Shown here: positions 45,871-55,779 of the stretch, in pieces
How the letters are laid out: every line of letters begins with the position of its first letter
Numbering within the stretch: position 1 is the first letter of the stretch
From: Paracoccaceae bacterium
GTDB lineage: Bacteria > Pseudomonadota > Alphaproteobacteria > Rhodobacterales > Rhodobacteraceae
DNA length: 64,000 nucleotides
Assembly (NCBI GenBank): GCA_028874915.1
Contig: JAPPHA010000116.1
Span: 138,605 to 202,604 of the forward strand
Direction of reading: 5' to 3'
Translations under genes and position numbers: made by a program
Notes under the pieces: generated by a model
Told to the model about the DNA's origin: nothing
The model's input: only the letters and a program-made list of their open reading frames with translations
Database searches by the model: none

Positions 45871-46656
45871 TTGGATCCAGCCGGCGGAACCGCCCTGGAA
45901 CTGCTTGAAACCCGGAATCTCAGCAAGAGGTTCGGCCGCGTGCAGGCACTGGACGGCGTGGGCATCACTGTCCGCGCCGGTTCCGTCCTGGCATTGCTCG
46001 GCGACAACGGAGCCGGCAAGTCCACGCTGGTCAAGATACTCTCGGGAGCCGTCAGGCCGGACTCCGGAGAAATCCTGATCGACGGCAAGCCACGGTCCAT
46101 CACGACGCCGCGACATGCGAGCGATGCCGGCATCGAAACCGTCTACCAGGACCTTGCACTTTGCGACAATCTGAGTGTCGTCCAGAACCTGTTTCTCGGA
46201 CGGGAGCGCAGCAAGGGAGTGGTTCCGTTCAGGCGGATGGTCCTGGACCGTCCGTCGATGGAACGCGAAGCGGCAAGGGCTTTCGAGAGCCTCGGCGCGA
46301 GGATGCCGTCCCTTCACAGCCAGGTCAGTAATCTCTCCGGCGGGCAACGCCAGGCCGTGGCGATCGCCCGGGCGGTCGTGTGGCGCCGCCGCGTTGTCCT
46401 GTTCGACGAACCCACCGCTGCGCTTGGCGTCGAGCAGACGGGAAACGTCCACAGGCTCATAAGGCGATTGCGCGACAGGGGAGTCGGTATCGTCATGATT
46501 TCACACAACATGACGGATGTCTTTGCCGTCGCCGACCACATGACCGTGTTGCGCCGCGGCCGCAAGATTGCCGACTTGGAACCCGGGTCCTGTACGCCCG
46601 ACGATGTCGTGGCGAGAATAACGGGTAGTGACATCGCGGCGGAGTCGAGGCTCTGA
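45871..46656 (+). CDS. sugar ABC transporter ATP-binding protein, single ABC module (FrcA-like)
   Basis: This is the real part of ORF track 45739..46656. Probable TTG at 45871 lies 1 nt after the upstream stop. It has Walker A GDNGAGKST, signature LSGGQRQA and Walker B VLFDEPTAALG. It is only about 261 aa, with one nucleotide-binding domain. Confidence 0.85.
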   Translation: MDPAGGTALELLETRNLSKRFGRVQALDGVGITVRAGSVLALLGDNGAGKSTLVKILSGAVRPDSGEILIDGKPRSITTPRHASDAGIETVYQDLALCDNLSVVQNLFLGRERSKGVVPFRRMVLDRPSMEREAARAFESLGARMPSLHSQVSNLSGGQRQAVAIARAVVWRRRVVLFDEPTAALGVEQTGNVHRLIRRLRDRGVGIVMISHNMTDVFAVADHMTVLRRGRKIADLEPGSCTPDDVVARITGSDIAAESRL

Positions 46657-46664
46657 GCAGCCGG

Positions 46665-47876
46665 GTGGAGCCTGCAGTTTCCGGCGTGCCGGACCCGTCC
46701 GGCGAACCGTCGCATGACGGCTTCGTCTCCAGGCTCAGGCAGGGCGAACTCGGGTTCATCCCGGTGCTGGTCGCGCTCCTCGTCGCGTTCGTCGTCTTTC
46801 ACCTGGCCAATCCGTATTTCCTGACCCCGCGGAACATGTCGAATCTGGCATTGCAGGTCGGCGTGCTCGGCGTCATGTCGCTCGGCGTCAGCCTGGTGCT
46901 GTTTGTCGGGGAAATCGACTTGTCCGCGGGTTCGGTATCCGGGGTTTGCGCGGTGGTTCTGGTGCTGATGGCGTCGTGGTACGGCATTCCCGGCCCCGTG
47001 GCGATCGCGGCTGCGATCCTCTGCGGCGCGGCCATCGGCTGGATCCATGGCAAATGCATCACGGTGATCGGGGCGCCATCCTTCATTGTGACGCTGACCG
47101 GACTCCTCGTCTGGCAAGGCGTGCAGCGGATGCTGGTCGGAAACCAGATCGGGCAGGTCCTCATCGACGATCCCCTGGTGCTCAGCATCGCCTCGACCTT
47201 CATGCCGTTCTGGCTGTCCCTGCTTCTTGTCGCTGTCATTACCGCCTCGGCAATCGTCGTCTGTTCCCGTCGCTGGAAGCAGCAGCCCGAGGCCGCTCCC
47301 TTCGACAGGTTGGCGCTGCTCGGGCACGCGGCCCTGTTTCCGGCCATGGCGATCATTGCCGTTGCCGTGCTGTCGAACCACATGGGCGTGCCTGTTCTGC
47401 TTCTCGTCCTGGTCGGGCTCGCCCTGGTGTTGACATTTGTCACGGAACACACGCCGTTCGGGGTTCACGTCTATGCGGTCGGTGGAAATGCGGAAGCCGC
47501 CCGGCGGGCCGGGATCGACGTCGCGCGGACACGAGTAATCCTGTTTGCCGTCTGCTCGGCCTTTGCGGCGATTTCGGGAATCATCGCCGTGTCACGGCAA
47601 TACGCCGTCGACAGCAACACCGGGGGAGGAAACCTCGTTCTTGATGCGATCGCTGCGGCGGTGATTGGAGGAACCAGCCTTTTCGGCGGACGCGGACGGA
47701 TTCCAGGCGCCCTCTTGGGCGCGATCGTGATCGGGAGCGTCGCCAACGGACTCGACCTCCTCGGGCAGTCTGCAAACGTCAAGTCGATCATCACCGGGTT
47801 GATTCTGCTCGCGGCGGTCTCGGTCGATATGGTCGCACGAAAACGCAGGATAAGAACCGGTGCTGCCGGAGCGTGA
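46665..47876 (+). CDS. sugar ABC transporter permease (XylH/BPD_transp_2 type)
   Basis: ORF track 46665..47876, 403 aa, polytopic. Contains GEIDLSAGSVSG and VGGNAEAARRAGIDV, hallmarks of CUT2 permeases. Confidence 0.9.
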   Translation: MEPAVSGVPDPSGEPSHDGFVSRLRQGELGFIPVLVALLVAFVVFHLANPYFLTPRNMSNLALQVGVLGVMSLGVSLVLFVGEIDLSAGSVSGVCAVVLVLMASWYGIPGPVAIAAAILCGAAIGWIHGKCITVIGAPSFIVTLTGLLVWQGVQRMLVGNQIGQVLIDDPLVLSIASTFMPFWLSLLLVAVITASAIVVCSRRWKQQPEAAPFDRLALLGHAALFPAMAIIAVAVLSNHMGVPVLLLVLVGLALVLTFVTEHTPFGVHVYAVGGNAEAARRAGIDVARTRVILFAVCSAFAAISGIIAVSRQYAVDSNTGGGNLVLDAIAAAVIGGTSLFGGRGRIPGALLGAIVIGSVANGLDLLGQSANVKSIITGLILLAAVSVDMVARKRRIRTGAAGA

Positions 47877-47891
47877 ACAGGGAATCAGGAC

Positions 47892-49280
47892 ATGACCAAA
47901 GACGGAGACCTTTCCTTCCCGGACGGATTCGTGTGGGGTGCTGCAACTGCGGCATACCAGATCGAAGGCCACAGGCGTGCCGACGGTGGCGGCGAATGCA
48001 TTTGGGACGTCTTTGCACGCGACGGCCGTACGCTGAACGGCGACAATGGCGACATCGCTGCCGACCACTATCACCGCTACCCCGACGATCACGCCCTGGC
48101 CCGGAACCTCGGGTTCACCAGCTTTCGCATGTCCTTCAGCTGGCCGCGCATATCTCCCGAGGGTTCGACACGGCGCAACCAGGCTGGGTTCGATCACTAC
48201 GACCGGGTTCTGGACTCGCTCCTCGAGAACGGCCTCACGCCGATGGTCACGCTTTACCACTGGGACCTTCCCCAGGAACTGCAGGAACGGGGTGGTTGGC
48301 TGAATCGTGACACTGCGTATCGGTTCGCGGACCATGCCGGGGCAGTCGTGGAACATTTCGGCGACCGGGTACCGTTCTGGATCACGACGAACGAACCCTG
48401 GTCCTGTGCGTTTCTCGGCCATGCCCGGGGCCTGCACGCGCCGGGCATGCGGGACTACCATGCCGCCGGTGTCGCCGCCCACAACCTGAACCTGGCCCAC
48501 GGGTTCGCGGTTCCGGCCATCCGTGCCAACACCCGCGATGCGCAGGTTGGCGTCACGCATTGCCTGCAGGTCATCGAACCGTTTTCGGATGCGCCCGACG
48601 ATGTGGAGGCCGCGAGGACAGTCGATGGCGAAGCGAATGGCCTTTTTCTCGAACCTCTTCTGAAAGGCAGCTACCCCGCGCACATGGTTCCTTACCTTCC
48701 TTGCCTCGAGGACGACACGGTCGTCCGCGAAGGCGACCTCGAATGCATCTCCGCCCCGGTCGATTTCCTAGGGCTGAATTATTATGTCCACGAAGTCGTC
48801 CGCTTTGACCGGACGATTCCGATTGTCCATGCCTGCCGCATGGCCCCGCTCGGACCGCTCACCACTATCGGCAGCGGCCTCCGTCCGGACGGGCTCGAGG
48901 AGATCCTTCTGAAGCCCGGGCGGGACTACGGGTGCAGGTTGCCAATTTACGTGACCGAGGTCGGCTATCTCTTCAACGATTACGTCAATCCGGACGGCCG
49001 TGTGAACGACATTGCACGCATCCGCTACTACGACGAGGCATTCCGCGCTGCCGACCGGGCCATGAAGAAAGGCGTCGACCTGCGCGGAATCTATGTCTGG
49101 ACGCTGCTCGACGACTTCGAGTGGGACTCAGGTTACAGTTCCCGCTACGGAATCGTCTTCGTAGAGTACGGAACCCAGACACGCATCCCCAAGGACAGCG
49201 CCTATTGGCTCCGGGATGTCGCACGGCGAAATGGGCTTTCGGACCCCCCGGGTTATCGCGGGCCGGCGAAAATTGACTGA
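47892..49280 (+). CDS. glycoside hydrolase family 1 (beta-glucosidase-like)
   Basis: ORF track 47892..49280. Contains FPDGFVWGAATAAYQIEG, the acid/base TNEPW, and a nucleophile region YVTEVG where ITENG is canonical, then WTLLDDFEW. Confidence 0.9.
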   Translation: MTKDGDLSFPDGFVWGAATAAYQIEGHRRADGGGECIWDVFARDGRTLNGDNGDIAADHYHRYPDDHALARNLGFTSFRMSFSWPRISPEGSTRRNQAGFDHYDRVLDSLLENGLTPMVTLYHWDLPQELQERGGWLNRDTAYRFADHAGAVVEHFGDRVPFWITTNEPWSCAFLGHARGLHAPGMRDYHAAGVAAHNLNLAHGFAVPAIRANTRDAQVGVTHCLQVIEPFSDAPDDVEAARTVDGEANGLFLEPLLKGSYPAHMVPYLPCLEDDTVVREGDLECISAPVDFLGLNYYVHEVVRFDRTIPIVHACRMAPLGPLTTIGSGLRPDGLEEILLKPGRDYGCRLPIYVTEVGYLFNDYVNPDGRVNDIARIRYYDEAFRAADRAMKKGVDLRGIYVWTLLDDFEWDSGYSSRYGIVFVEYGTQTRIPKDSAYWLRDVARRNGLSDPPGYRGPAKID

Positions 49281-49333
49281 TAAACGTGTCCCCGGTCGCT
49301 TCATTCAAACCGGGCATCGGTCGAGTCAGGGTG

Positions 49334-49600
49334 CTACCGGCGAGCCGGTGGAGGCGTCCGGATTTCGTGAACAGAGTCGGTCGAGGACACCAGGGTCCTG
49401 TCCACTGTAACGGCGCCGTCGGCGACCAGGAGGCTGGCCCCGCCCGTGGCGAGCTGCCCGGCCCGGTCAGAATTTGCCATCAGTAAGGCGTTACCGGCAC
49501 AGGCGGTGATGCGTCCACCGAGGACGGTTATCGACATCGGAGCCGTTTCATCGAGATGAAAGTTCAACGGTGTCACCGCCGCAACAACGGAGACAAGCAT
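49334..49600 (-). CDS. hypothetical small protein (uncertain)
   Basis: ORF track 49334..49654. The internal ATG at 49600 would give 88 aa (MLVSVVAAVTPLNF...ITVLGGRITACAGNALLMANSDRAGQLATGGASLLVADGAVTV). GC3 is about 71% by hand count and I recognise no motif. Its start would overlap the divergent ATG at 49599 (CATG). Confidence 0.25.
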   Translation of the reverse strand: MLVSVVAAVTPLNFHLDETAPMSITVLGGRITACAGNALLMANSDRAGQLATGGASLLVADGAVTVDRTLVSSTDSVHEIRTPPPARR

Positions 49601-50213
49601 GAAGGTCGTTGTCTTTGGCGCAACCGGAAAAACGGGTGAATTGACGTGGCGCAAGGCTGTTGAGGCCGGTCACGACGTCACTGTTTTTGGCCGGTCAGTC
49701 GAGCGCTGCTACACGAATGAACCCGTGACAAAGATCCAAGGAGATGTACTCGATGCCGAGGCGGTTTCCAGAGCCATCGCCGGTCAGGATGTCGTGCTGG
49801 TCTGCCTCGGCCCCGTCAACACAAGAGACAGGTCAACACTGAGTCAGGGTGCAAAGAACGTCCGGGCGGCGATGCGGTCCCTTGACGTTCACAGGGTTGT
49901 CTTCATCTCTGCCGCCGGAGTTGGCGGGAGCTGGAAACGCATTCCATGGTATTCGAAACTGCTGTTTTTGACCGTGCTGAAAACCATACTGTCCGAGCAC
50001 GTCCGTGAGGAGGAAACCCTCCGCGACGATCAACTTGAATGGACGGCAGTCCGTGCCGCGGTCCTAACGGACAAACCGGAATCGGGCCGGATTCTGGCAT
50101 CGAACTCCGTGCCGACCAAGACCATTCCGCGGGCCGATCTGGCACAGTTTCTGGCGAGTCAGATCGCCGGAAAGGACTACCTGAAACAGGCCATCTGCGT
50201 CACATCCGGATGA
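49599..50213 (+). CDS. NAD(P)H-binding protein (atypical SDR, NmrA/BVR-B-like)
   Basis: ORF track 49599..50213. MKVVVFGATGKTGELTWRKAVEAGHDVTVFGRS is a Rossmann GxxGxxG start, 204 aa. Confidence 0.85.
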   Translation: MKVVVFGATGKTGELTWRKAVEAGHDVTVFGRSVERCYTNEPVTKIQGDVLDAEAVSRAIAGQDVVLVCLGPVNTRDRSTLSQGAKNVRAAMRSLDVHRVVFISAAGVGGSWKRIPWYSKLLFLTVLKTILSEHVREEETLRDDQLEWTAVRAAVLTDKPESGRILASNSVPTKTIPRADLAQFLASQIAGKDYLKQAICVTSG

Positions 50214-50276
50214 ACTGTGGGCGTTGGAATTCGCCAGTTGCGTGATCATTGGGATGATTCCTGCCGGTAAACCAAC

Positions 50277-50300
50277 GGATCGCCTGTCAACCGGCGATCC
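50277..50300. terminator. 8-bp perfect stem hairpin GGATCGCC-N8-GGCGATCC between convergent genes
   Basis: Read directly. It lies between the stops of the 49599..50213 (+) and 50448..52163 (-) genes. There is no T-run. Confidence 0.3.
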
Positions 50301-50447
50301 CATGCGATGCGTGCGCCGTTTTGTCGTCAACGTTCTATGGGCCGTCCCGATCGGCGGTGTGACATGACGTTCGAGTGATCGAGCCCGAATTCGTCAGGGT
50401 ACGGGTCAGGTAGCAAATGCGTGTGATCAGCGAACCGTGCCCACGGC

Positions 50448-52163
50448 TCACCGGAGAAACGAAAGGTCGCAACCTTCTGTCGCAGGAAGGACATGATCGT
50501 GGAAGAGGCGGCGATAACCTCTTGTGGGGCGCTCCGCTGCCGACCCGGGGGTTTCGGCCTCTTCCCGTTCCGCAAGTCGCCTTTCCATAATGTCGTCCGG
50601 AACCAGGAGGTCGATTCGGTGCCGCGATGCCGACAGCCGGATTCGATCACCGGTTCGGGCCAGCGCCAGCGGGCCACCCAGGTCCGCCTCCGGTGTGACA
50701 TGGAGAACGATGGTTCCAAAGGCCGTTCCACTCATCCGGGCGTCAGAGACCCGGACCATGTCCCGGACTCCGCGGGCGGCGAGCTTTTTCGGGATCGGAA
50801 GATAGCCGGCTTCCGGCATGCCGGAAGGGCTTCTCGGTCCGGCGTTCCGGAGAACCAGGATATCGTCGGGCTCGACATCCAGGTCGGGGCAATCGATGCG
50901 TTCCGAGAGGTCGCGAAGGGAATCGAAAACGACGGCACGGCCTTCGTGCTCGAGGAGTTCGGGGGTGGCCGCGGCGCGTTTGAGAATCGCGCCGTCCGGC
51001 GCCAGGCTGCCCCGGAGCGCGATGAGGCCGCCAACAGGCGAGACCGGGGCGGTCACCGTGCGGATCACGGACCGGTCGACCGGATCGGCATCCTGCGCAC
51101 GGATGCGATCCGAGATCTGATTCCCGAGAACATCCCTGCATTCGGAATGGAGACTGTCCGCCAGCTCGCGAAGGACGGCGCCAAGCCCGCCGGCCGCGTG
51201 AAAATCCTCCATGTAGCCGGTTCCGACAGGTTTCAGGTCAACAAGAACCGGCGTGGCCTCCGAAAGCGCATTCAGACGGTCAGGGTCAAGCCGGACCCCG
51301 GCCCGTCCGGCAATTGCCGACAGGTGGATGACCGCATTGGTCGAGCCCGACACCGCCAGGAGAACACGGAGAGCGTTTTCGACGGAGGCCTGTGTGACCA
51401 GATCGCGGGGAACCGGGTACCCCGCGTTTGCCAGGGCCACCGACACCTGGCCGGTTGTCTCTGCCGCCCGCAGTCGATCGGCGTGAACCGCCGGAATGCT
51501 GGCGGTTCCGGGCAAGGAAAGGCCCAGAGTTTCACCGATGAGCGCCATCGAACTGGCCGTCCCCATGACAGCACAGGTCCCGGATGTGACCGCCAGTCGG
51601 CCCTCGACTTGCCGGATTTCCGCATGGTCGATGTCCCCGGCACGAAAGGCCGCCCAGAATCGTCGGCAATCGGTGCACGCACCGAGGCGTTCGCCCCGGT
51701 GCCTCCCGGTCATCATTGGGCCGGCGACCAGGAGGACGGCCGGTTTGCCTGCGGATATGGCACCCATCAGAAGCGCCGGCACGGTCTTGTCACACCCACC
51801 CATGAGCACGACCGAATCCATGGGCTGGGCCCGGATCATTTCCTCGACGGCCATCGCCATCAAGTTGCGGTAGACCATGGACGTCGGATGCAGGAAGACT
51901 TCGCCCAGCGACATGACCGGAAACGGGACCGGCAGCCCGCCGGCAGCGAGGACGCCGCGTCCGGTGGCAGCGATCATCTCGGGAAAGTGCCGATGACAGT
52001 TGTTGAAACCACTCTCTGTATGGCAGATCCCGACCACTGGCCGGTCGAGCATGTCGTCGCTGTAGCCCATTGACTTGACGAAGGAACGACGGAGATACCG
52101 GGCAAACTCGGGATCCCCGTAGTCAGTCGGATTGCGATCGAAGCCCCTTTGTCCGGTGGCCAT
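50448..52163 (-). CDS. IlvD/Edd family dehydratase (sugar-acid dehydratase-like)
   Basis: ORF track 50448..52163, 571 aa. Contains RPVVGICHTESGFNNCHRHF..., MGGCDKTVPALLMG and TSGTCAVMGTASSM (Fe-S cluster Cys pattern). Confidence 0.9.
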   Translation of the reverse strand: MATGQRGFDRNPTDYGDPEFARYLRRSFVKSMGYSDDMLDRPVVGICHTESGFNNCHRHFPEMIAATGRGVLAAGGLPVPFPVMSLGEVFLHPTSMVYRNLMAMAVEEMIRAQPMDSVVLMGGCDKTVPALLMGAISAGKPAVLLVAGPMMTGRHRGERLGACTDCRRFWAAFRAGDIDHAEIRQVEGRLAVTSGTCAVMGTASSMALIGETLGLSLPGTASIPAVHADRLRAAETTGQVSVALANAGYPVPRDLVTQASVENALRVLLAVSGSTNAVIHLSAIAGRAGVRLDPDRLNALSEATPVLVDLKPVGTGYMEDFHAAGGLGAVLRELADSLHSECRDVLGNQISDRIRAQDADPVDRSVIRTVTAPVSPVGGLIALRGSLAPDGAILKRAAATPELLEHEGRAVVFDSLRDLSERIDCPDLDVEPDDILVLRNAGPRSPSGMPEAGYLPIPKKLAARGVRDMVRVSDARMSGTAFGTIVLHVTPEADLGGPLALARTGDRIRLSASRHRIDLLVPDDIMERRLAEREEAETPGSAAERPTRGYRRLFHDHVLPATEGCDLSFLR

Positions 52164-52366
52164 GGGTGTCTCCTGACGGCGACGCGCCGGTCACGGCACG
52201 TCCGGTTCGGTCCTCGTTCCCGGACGTTATGCAATCCTGGCGACTCTCCGCAACTGGTGGGCGACAGGACCAAGAGAGGCTTCGGGACCAAACGGCCGAG
52301 CGAAGCGGGCTCTGTCGCCGCCTCCAAAAGGGTGGAACGCGGGACGGGAAACCGGCCCCTGCCGAC

Positions 52367-53434
52367 TCAGTCCAGGTCAACGTCGACTCGTTTTCCTGTC
52401 TGCCCGGATTCCTCGGCAGCCAGTGCGAATCGCAGCACTTGCCGGGCATCAGAAGCCGAGAGTGCCGCGGGTTGCCCATTGGCCAGGCAGTCGAAGTAAT
52501 GTCGGGTGGCCTGGACGAAACTCTGTTCCCAACCGGTCGGCATGTCCGAATGGGGGATCAGCCGGCCATCCCTGTAGTGGACAACAGGTGGCGTGTCCCC
52601 CAACCGGCCATGGCCGCAATTGACCCAGATGACGCCATGGGTCCCGGTGATCTCTACCCGGTCGTCCTGGGCGTAGTGCCGGGTGGCGATTTCGAGTTCG
52701 GGTGAATGAACAATTTCAAAACTGCCGATTCGGTTTCCGGGAAACAGGAACGACACGATCGAAGGTGCATCCAGGACGACGCTGTCGGCAACTTTGGTCC
52801 TGCCGATATAGGCGTGGACTGACTCGGGATTTCCCATGAAATGCCAGGCCAGGGCGAACTTGTGGTGGCCGTCGTCGAATACCAGTGGTCCACCGCCGGA
52901 TGTTTCCCGCTCCAGGCGCCAGCGTATCGCCTCCCGGGGAACGTCCCAGGCTGTCCGGCTGGTCCCGGAGTTGCTCTTGATGCGAATCGAAATCGGATCG
53001 CCGATGGCGCCAGCGTCCAAGAGTTGGCGCGCCCGGACGATGGGTGGGAAAAAGATGAAGTTCTCGAAGACACGAAACGGCCGGCCGGAGGCAGCTGCGG
53101 CCGCCACAAGGCGATCCGCCTCCTCGAGCGATGTGCACATCGGTTTCTGAAGGGACACGGTCTTTCCGGCCGCAATGGCCTTCATCGCCACCGGAAAGTG
53201 GAGATGATGAGGCAGCAGAATCTCGACGAGATCGACATCGGGACGTGACAGGAGTGCGTCCACATCCCCGGTGACGAACACGTCATCGAGACCCCAGGCC
53301 TCGGCACGCCCGCGGGCGAGGGCAGTGTTCTGGTCACAAAGGGCGACGATCTTGGCCGGCGAATCGTTCAGATAGGCGATTGCGTGCAGGTCGGAGATTC
53401 GTCCGGTTCCTATGAAGCCGGCCCGGAGAGGCAT
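52367..53434 (-). CDS. Gfo/Idh/MocA family oxidoreductase
   Basis: ORF track 52367..53602. Start trimmed to ATG at 53434 (MPLRAGFIGTGRISDLHAIAYL...), with ILLPHHLH...KTVSLQKPM, 355 aa. Confidence 0.88.
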   Translation of the reverse strand: MPLRAGFIGTGRISDLHAIAYLNDSPAKIVALCDQNTALARGRAEAWGLDDVFVTGDVDALLSRPDVDLVEILLPHHLHFPVAMKAIAAGKTVSLQKPMCTSLEEADRLVAAAAASGRPFRVFENFIFFPPIVRARQLLDAGAIGDPISIRIKSNSGTSRTAWDVPREAIRWRLERETSGGGPLVFDDGHHKFALAWHFMGNPESVHAYIGRTKVADSVVLDAPSIVSFLFPGNRIGSFEIVHSPELEIATRHYAQDDRVEITGTHGVIWVNCGHGRLGDTPPVVHYRDGRLIPHSDMPTGWEQSFVQATRHYFDCLANGQPAALSASDARQVLRFALAAEESGQTGKRVDVDLD

Positions 53435-53445
53435 CGCCACGCTGT

Positions 53446-54186
53446 TCAAGGAGGACGCACCCTGCGGTCGCCCCGGGACTGCGCCAGGATGATTCCGCCA
53501 AGTTCCAGAAGGCGGGCATCGTCGATCCGGACCGTGGGTCCGGAAATCCCGATCGCAGCGATCATTTCGTTTCGCCGATCGAAAACCGGCGCGGCAACGC
53601 AACGGATCCCGGACGCATATTCCTCGTCATCGATTGCGTAACCGCGTTCCCGGGTTTGTTGCAGTTCTCGCTGCAGTCTGTCGAGCGATGTGATGGTTGC
53701 CTGTGTATAGTATGTCAGCGGGTCTTCGGGCTGGGCATCCGAGAAGGCCAGGAACGCCTTTCCGAGTGCCGTACAATGGAGTGGTGCGAGCGAACCGATC
53801 GGATGATCGACCTTGAGAGGCAGCAGCGAATCGACCTTGTCGATGTACCAGACCTGCGACCGGACTCTCACCGCGAAATGGGCACATTCGCCCGTCCGGT
53901 CGACCAGAGCCTCAAGAATCGGTCGCCAGGAATCCCTGCAGGAGATCACGTCGTCGAGAGCATCCTGCCGGTCGTCCGCCAAACGTTGTTTCCACGCCAA
54001 CTGGTAACGGCGTGATGAGTCCTGTTCTGCGTACCCCATGGCGACCAGGGTCTTCAGGATGTGCGAGGCATTGGACTTCTCGACTCCGAGTGAAGACGCG
54101 AGATCGGTCAGCCGGACGGGGCCACCGGCGGTCTCGAGGATGTCGAGCGCGCGCAGTCCCCGGGTGAGAGACTTCAGGACACGCAT
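53446..54186 (-). CDS. IclR family transcriptional regulator
   Basis: ORF track 53446..54357. Start trimmed to ATG at 54186 (MRVLKSLTRGLRALDILETAGGPVRLTDLASSLGVEKSNASHILKTLVAMGY...). The C-terminal effector domain contains GYAIDDEEYASGIRCVAAPV. Confidence 0.9.
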   Translation of the reverse strand: MRVLKSLTRGLRALDILETAGGPVRLTDLASSLGVEKSNASHILKTLVAMGYAEQDSSRRYQLAWKQRLADDRQDALDDVISCRDSWRPILEALVDRTGECAHFAVRVRSQVWYIDKVDSLLPLKVDHPIGSLAPLHCTALGKAFLAFSDAQPEDPLTYYTQATITSLDRLQRELQQTRERGYAIDDEEYASGIRCVAAPVFDRRNEMIAAIGISGPTVRIDDARLLELGGIILAQSRGDRRVRPP

Positions 54187-54443
54187 GGGGCCACAATTCG
54201 AACGCAGGTTTCCCGAACGCGTGCTCCATTCACCACGCAGGCATCCCCTCGGGTCTGCGCGCTTGGAAGAGCGGCGTATGGATTCACTGGCAGCACCGTC
54301 CCGGGTCGAGTTTTCAATACGAGATCGCCTATCATGGGTACCGCTTTGTGTTGACAAATGTCATATCATTGTACTTTGATGGAATCATCCGGTTGTCCGC
54401 ACCAAAGTTCAGCTTTCGGAAACTCAAACCCAAGGAGGGTCAT

Positions 54444-55712
54444 ATGTCAATACAATTCACGCGCCGTGGGCTTGCGGCGGCGGTCGTCCTGCCGGTGCTC
54501 CTGGCAACCTCGCCTGCCATCTCGCAAGGTGACGTCACCATTACCCACTACTTCACCGGAGAGTTGGGAAAGAAGTCGTTCGACGAGCAGGTGGCGAAAT
54601 TCGAGGCTGCGTCCGATTTCACCGTCAAGGACAGCCCGATTGGCCATGAGGACTTCAAGTCCGGCATTCTCGTCCGGGCTGCCGGGCAGAGTCTTCCCGA
54701 CGTGTTCAGTTACTGGGCAGGCGCAAGAGTGCAATTTGTCGTCGATTCCGGAAGCCTGCATCCCATCGACGACATGTGGAACCGGGAAGGTCTGGACGAT
54801 GTCGTGGCCAAGTCGGTCGCCGACAGCGCCACAATGTACAACGGGAACCGCTACCTGGTGCCGCTCAACTACCACTACTCCGGAATGTTCTACAACACGA
54901 ACGTCATGGCCGATGCTGGCGTGACCGAGTTCCCGACGACGTGGGACGGGTTCCTGGAACTCTGCGAAAAGCTAAAGGGCATGGGCGTTACGCCGATCGC
55001 GCTCGGGTCGATGAATCGCTGGCCGGCGCAGTTCTGGTTCGACTACCTGCTTCTCAACACGGCCGGGCCGAAGTACCGGGCGGCCCTGATGAACGGTTCG
55101 GCATCCTATGACGATCCCGAGGTCGTACGGGCGATGGAAATGTGGGCCAGCCTGGTCGATGCCGGGTATTTCGTTCCCAATGCCAATGCCGACAACTGGA
55201 CCGACGCTTCCGACCGTGTGGCCCGGGGCGAGGCGGCCATGACGCTCATGGGGACCTGGATCACCGGTTACTGGAACGGAATCGGCCTCATGGCGGGAGA
55301 TGACTATGACTTCTTCCCCTTCCCGGCGATTGACGACGGGCTGCCCACGTCCGTGGTCGGTCCGGTCGACGGGCTGGTGATCTCGTCCAATGTCCAGAAT
55401 GTCGCGGGTGCCGAGGCCTTCATCGCCTTCATGGTCTCGGATCCGGGCGTTCAGGCGGGATGGACAAAAGGTCAGGGCGCCCTTTCCGCCAACACCATGG
55501 TCGATCCGGCCGAATACAATGCAGTCATGCAGAAGGCCAACGCGACCGTGGCGGCGGCCGACCACTTCGCCTTCAACTATGACCTGGCGACGCCGCCTCC
55601 GGTGGCGGAAGTCGGATTGGCGATGTTCGCCGAGTTCATGAATGACCCCAGCCGGTCCGGCGAGATCCTGGCGGGTGCGGCAACCGCCGCTGCCGAGGCC
55701 TTTACGCAGTAG
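54444..55712 (+). CDS. carbohydrate ABC transporter substrate-binding protein (family 1, CUT1)
   Basis: ORF track 54348..55712. ATG at 54444 follows AAGGAGGG. It has a signal peptide MSIQFTRRGLAAAVVLPVLLATSPAISQ. Confidence 0.9.
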   Translation: MSIQFTRRGLAAAVVLPVLLATSPAISQGDVTITHYFTGELGKKSFDEQVAKFEAASDFTVKDSPIGHEDFKSGILVRAAGQSLPDVFSYWAGARVQFVVDSGSLHPIDDMWNREGLDDVVAKSVADSATMYNGNRYLVPLNYHYSGMFYNTNVMADAGVTEFPTTWDGFLELCEKLKGMGVTPIALGSMNRWPAQFWFDYLLLNTAGPKYRAALMNGSASYDDPEVVRAMEMWASLVDAGYFVPNANADNWTDASDRVARGEAAMTLMGTWITGYWNGIGLMAGDDYDFFPFPAIDDGLPTSVVGPVDGLVISSNVQNVAGAEAFIAFMVSDPGVQAGWTKGQGALSANTMVDPAEYNAVMQKANATVAAADHFAFNYDLATPPPVAEVGLAMFAEFMNDPSRSGEILAGAATAAAEAFTQ

Positions 55713-55779
55713 GTCCTGCGGTTACCATTGGCGGGCCGCCGGCCGCGAGTCGGCGGCCCGTTTCATGCGGAGGGCCTGA

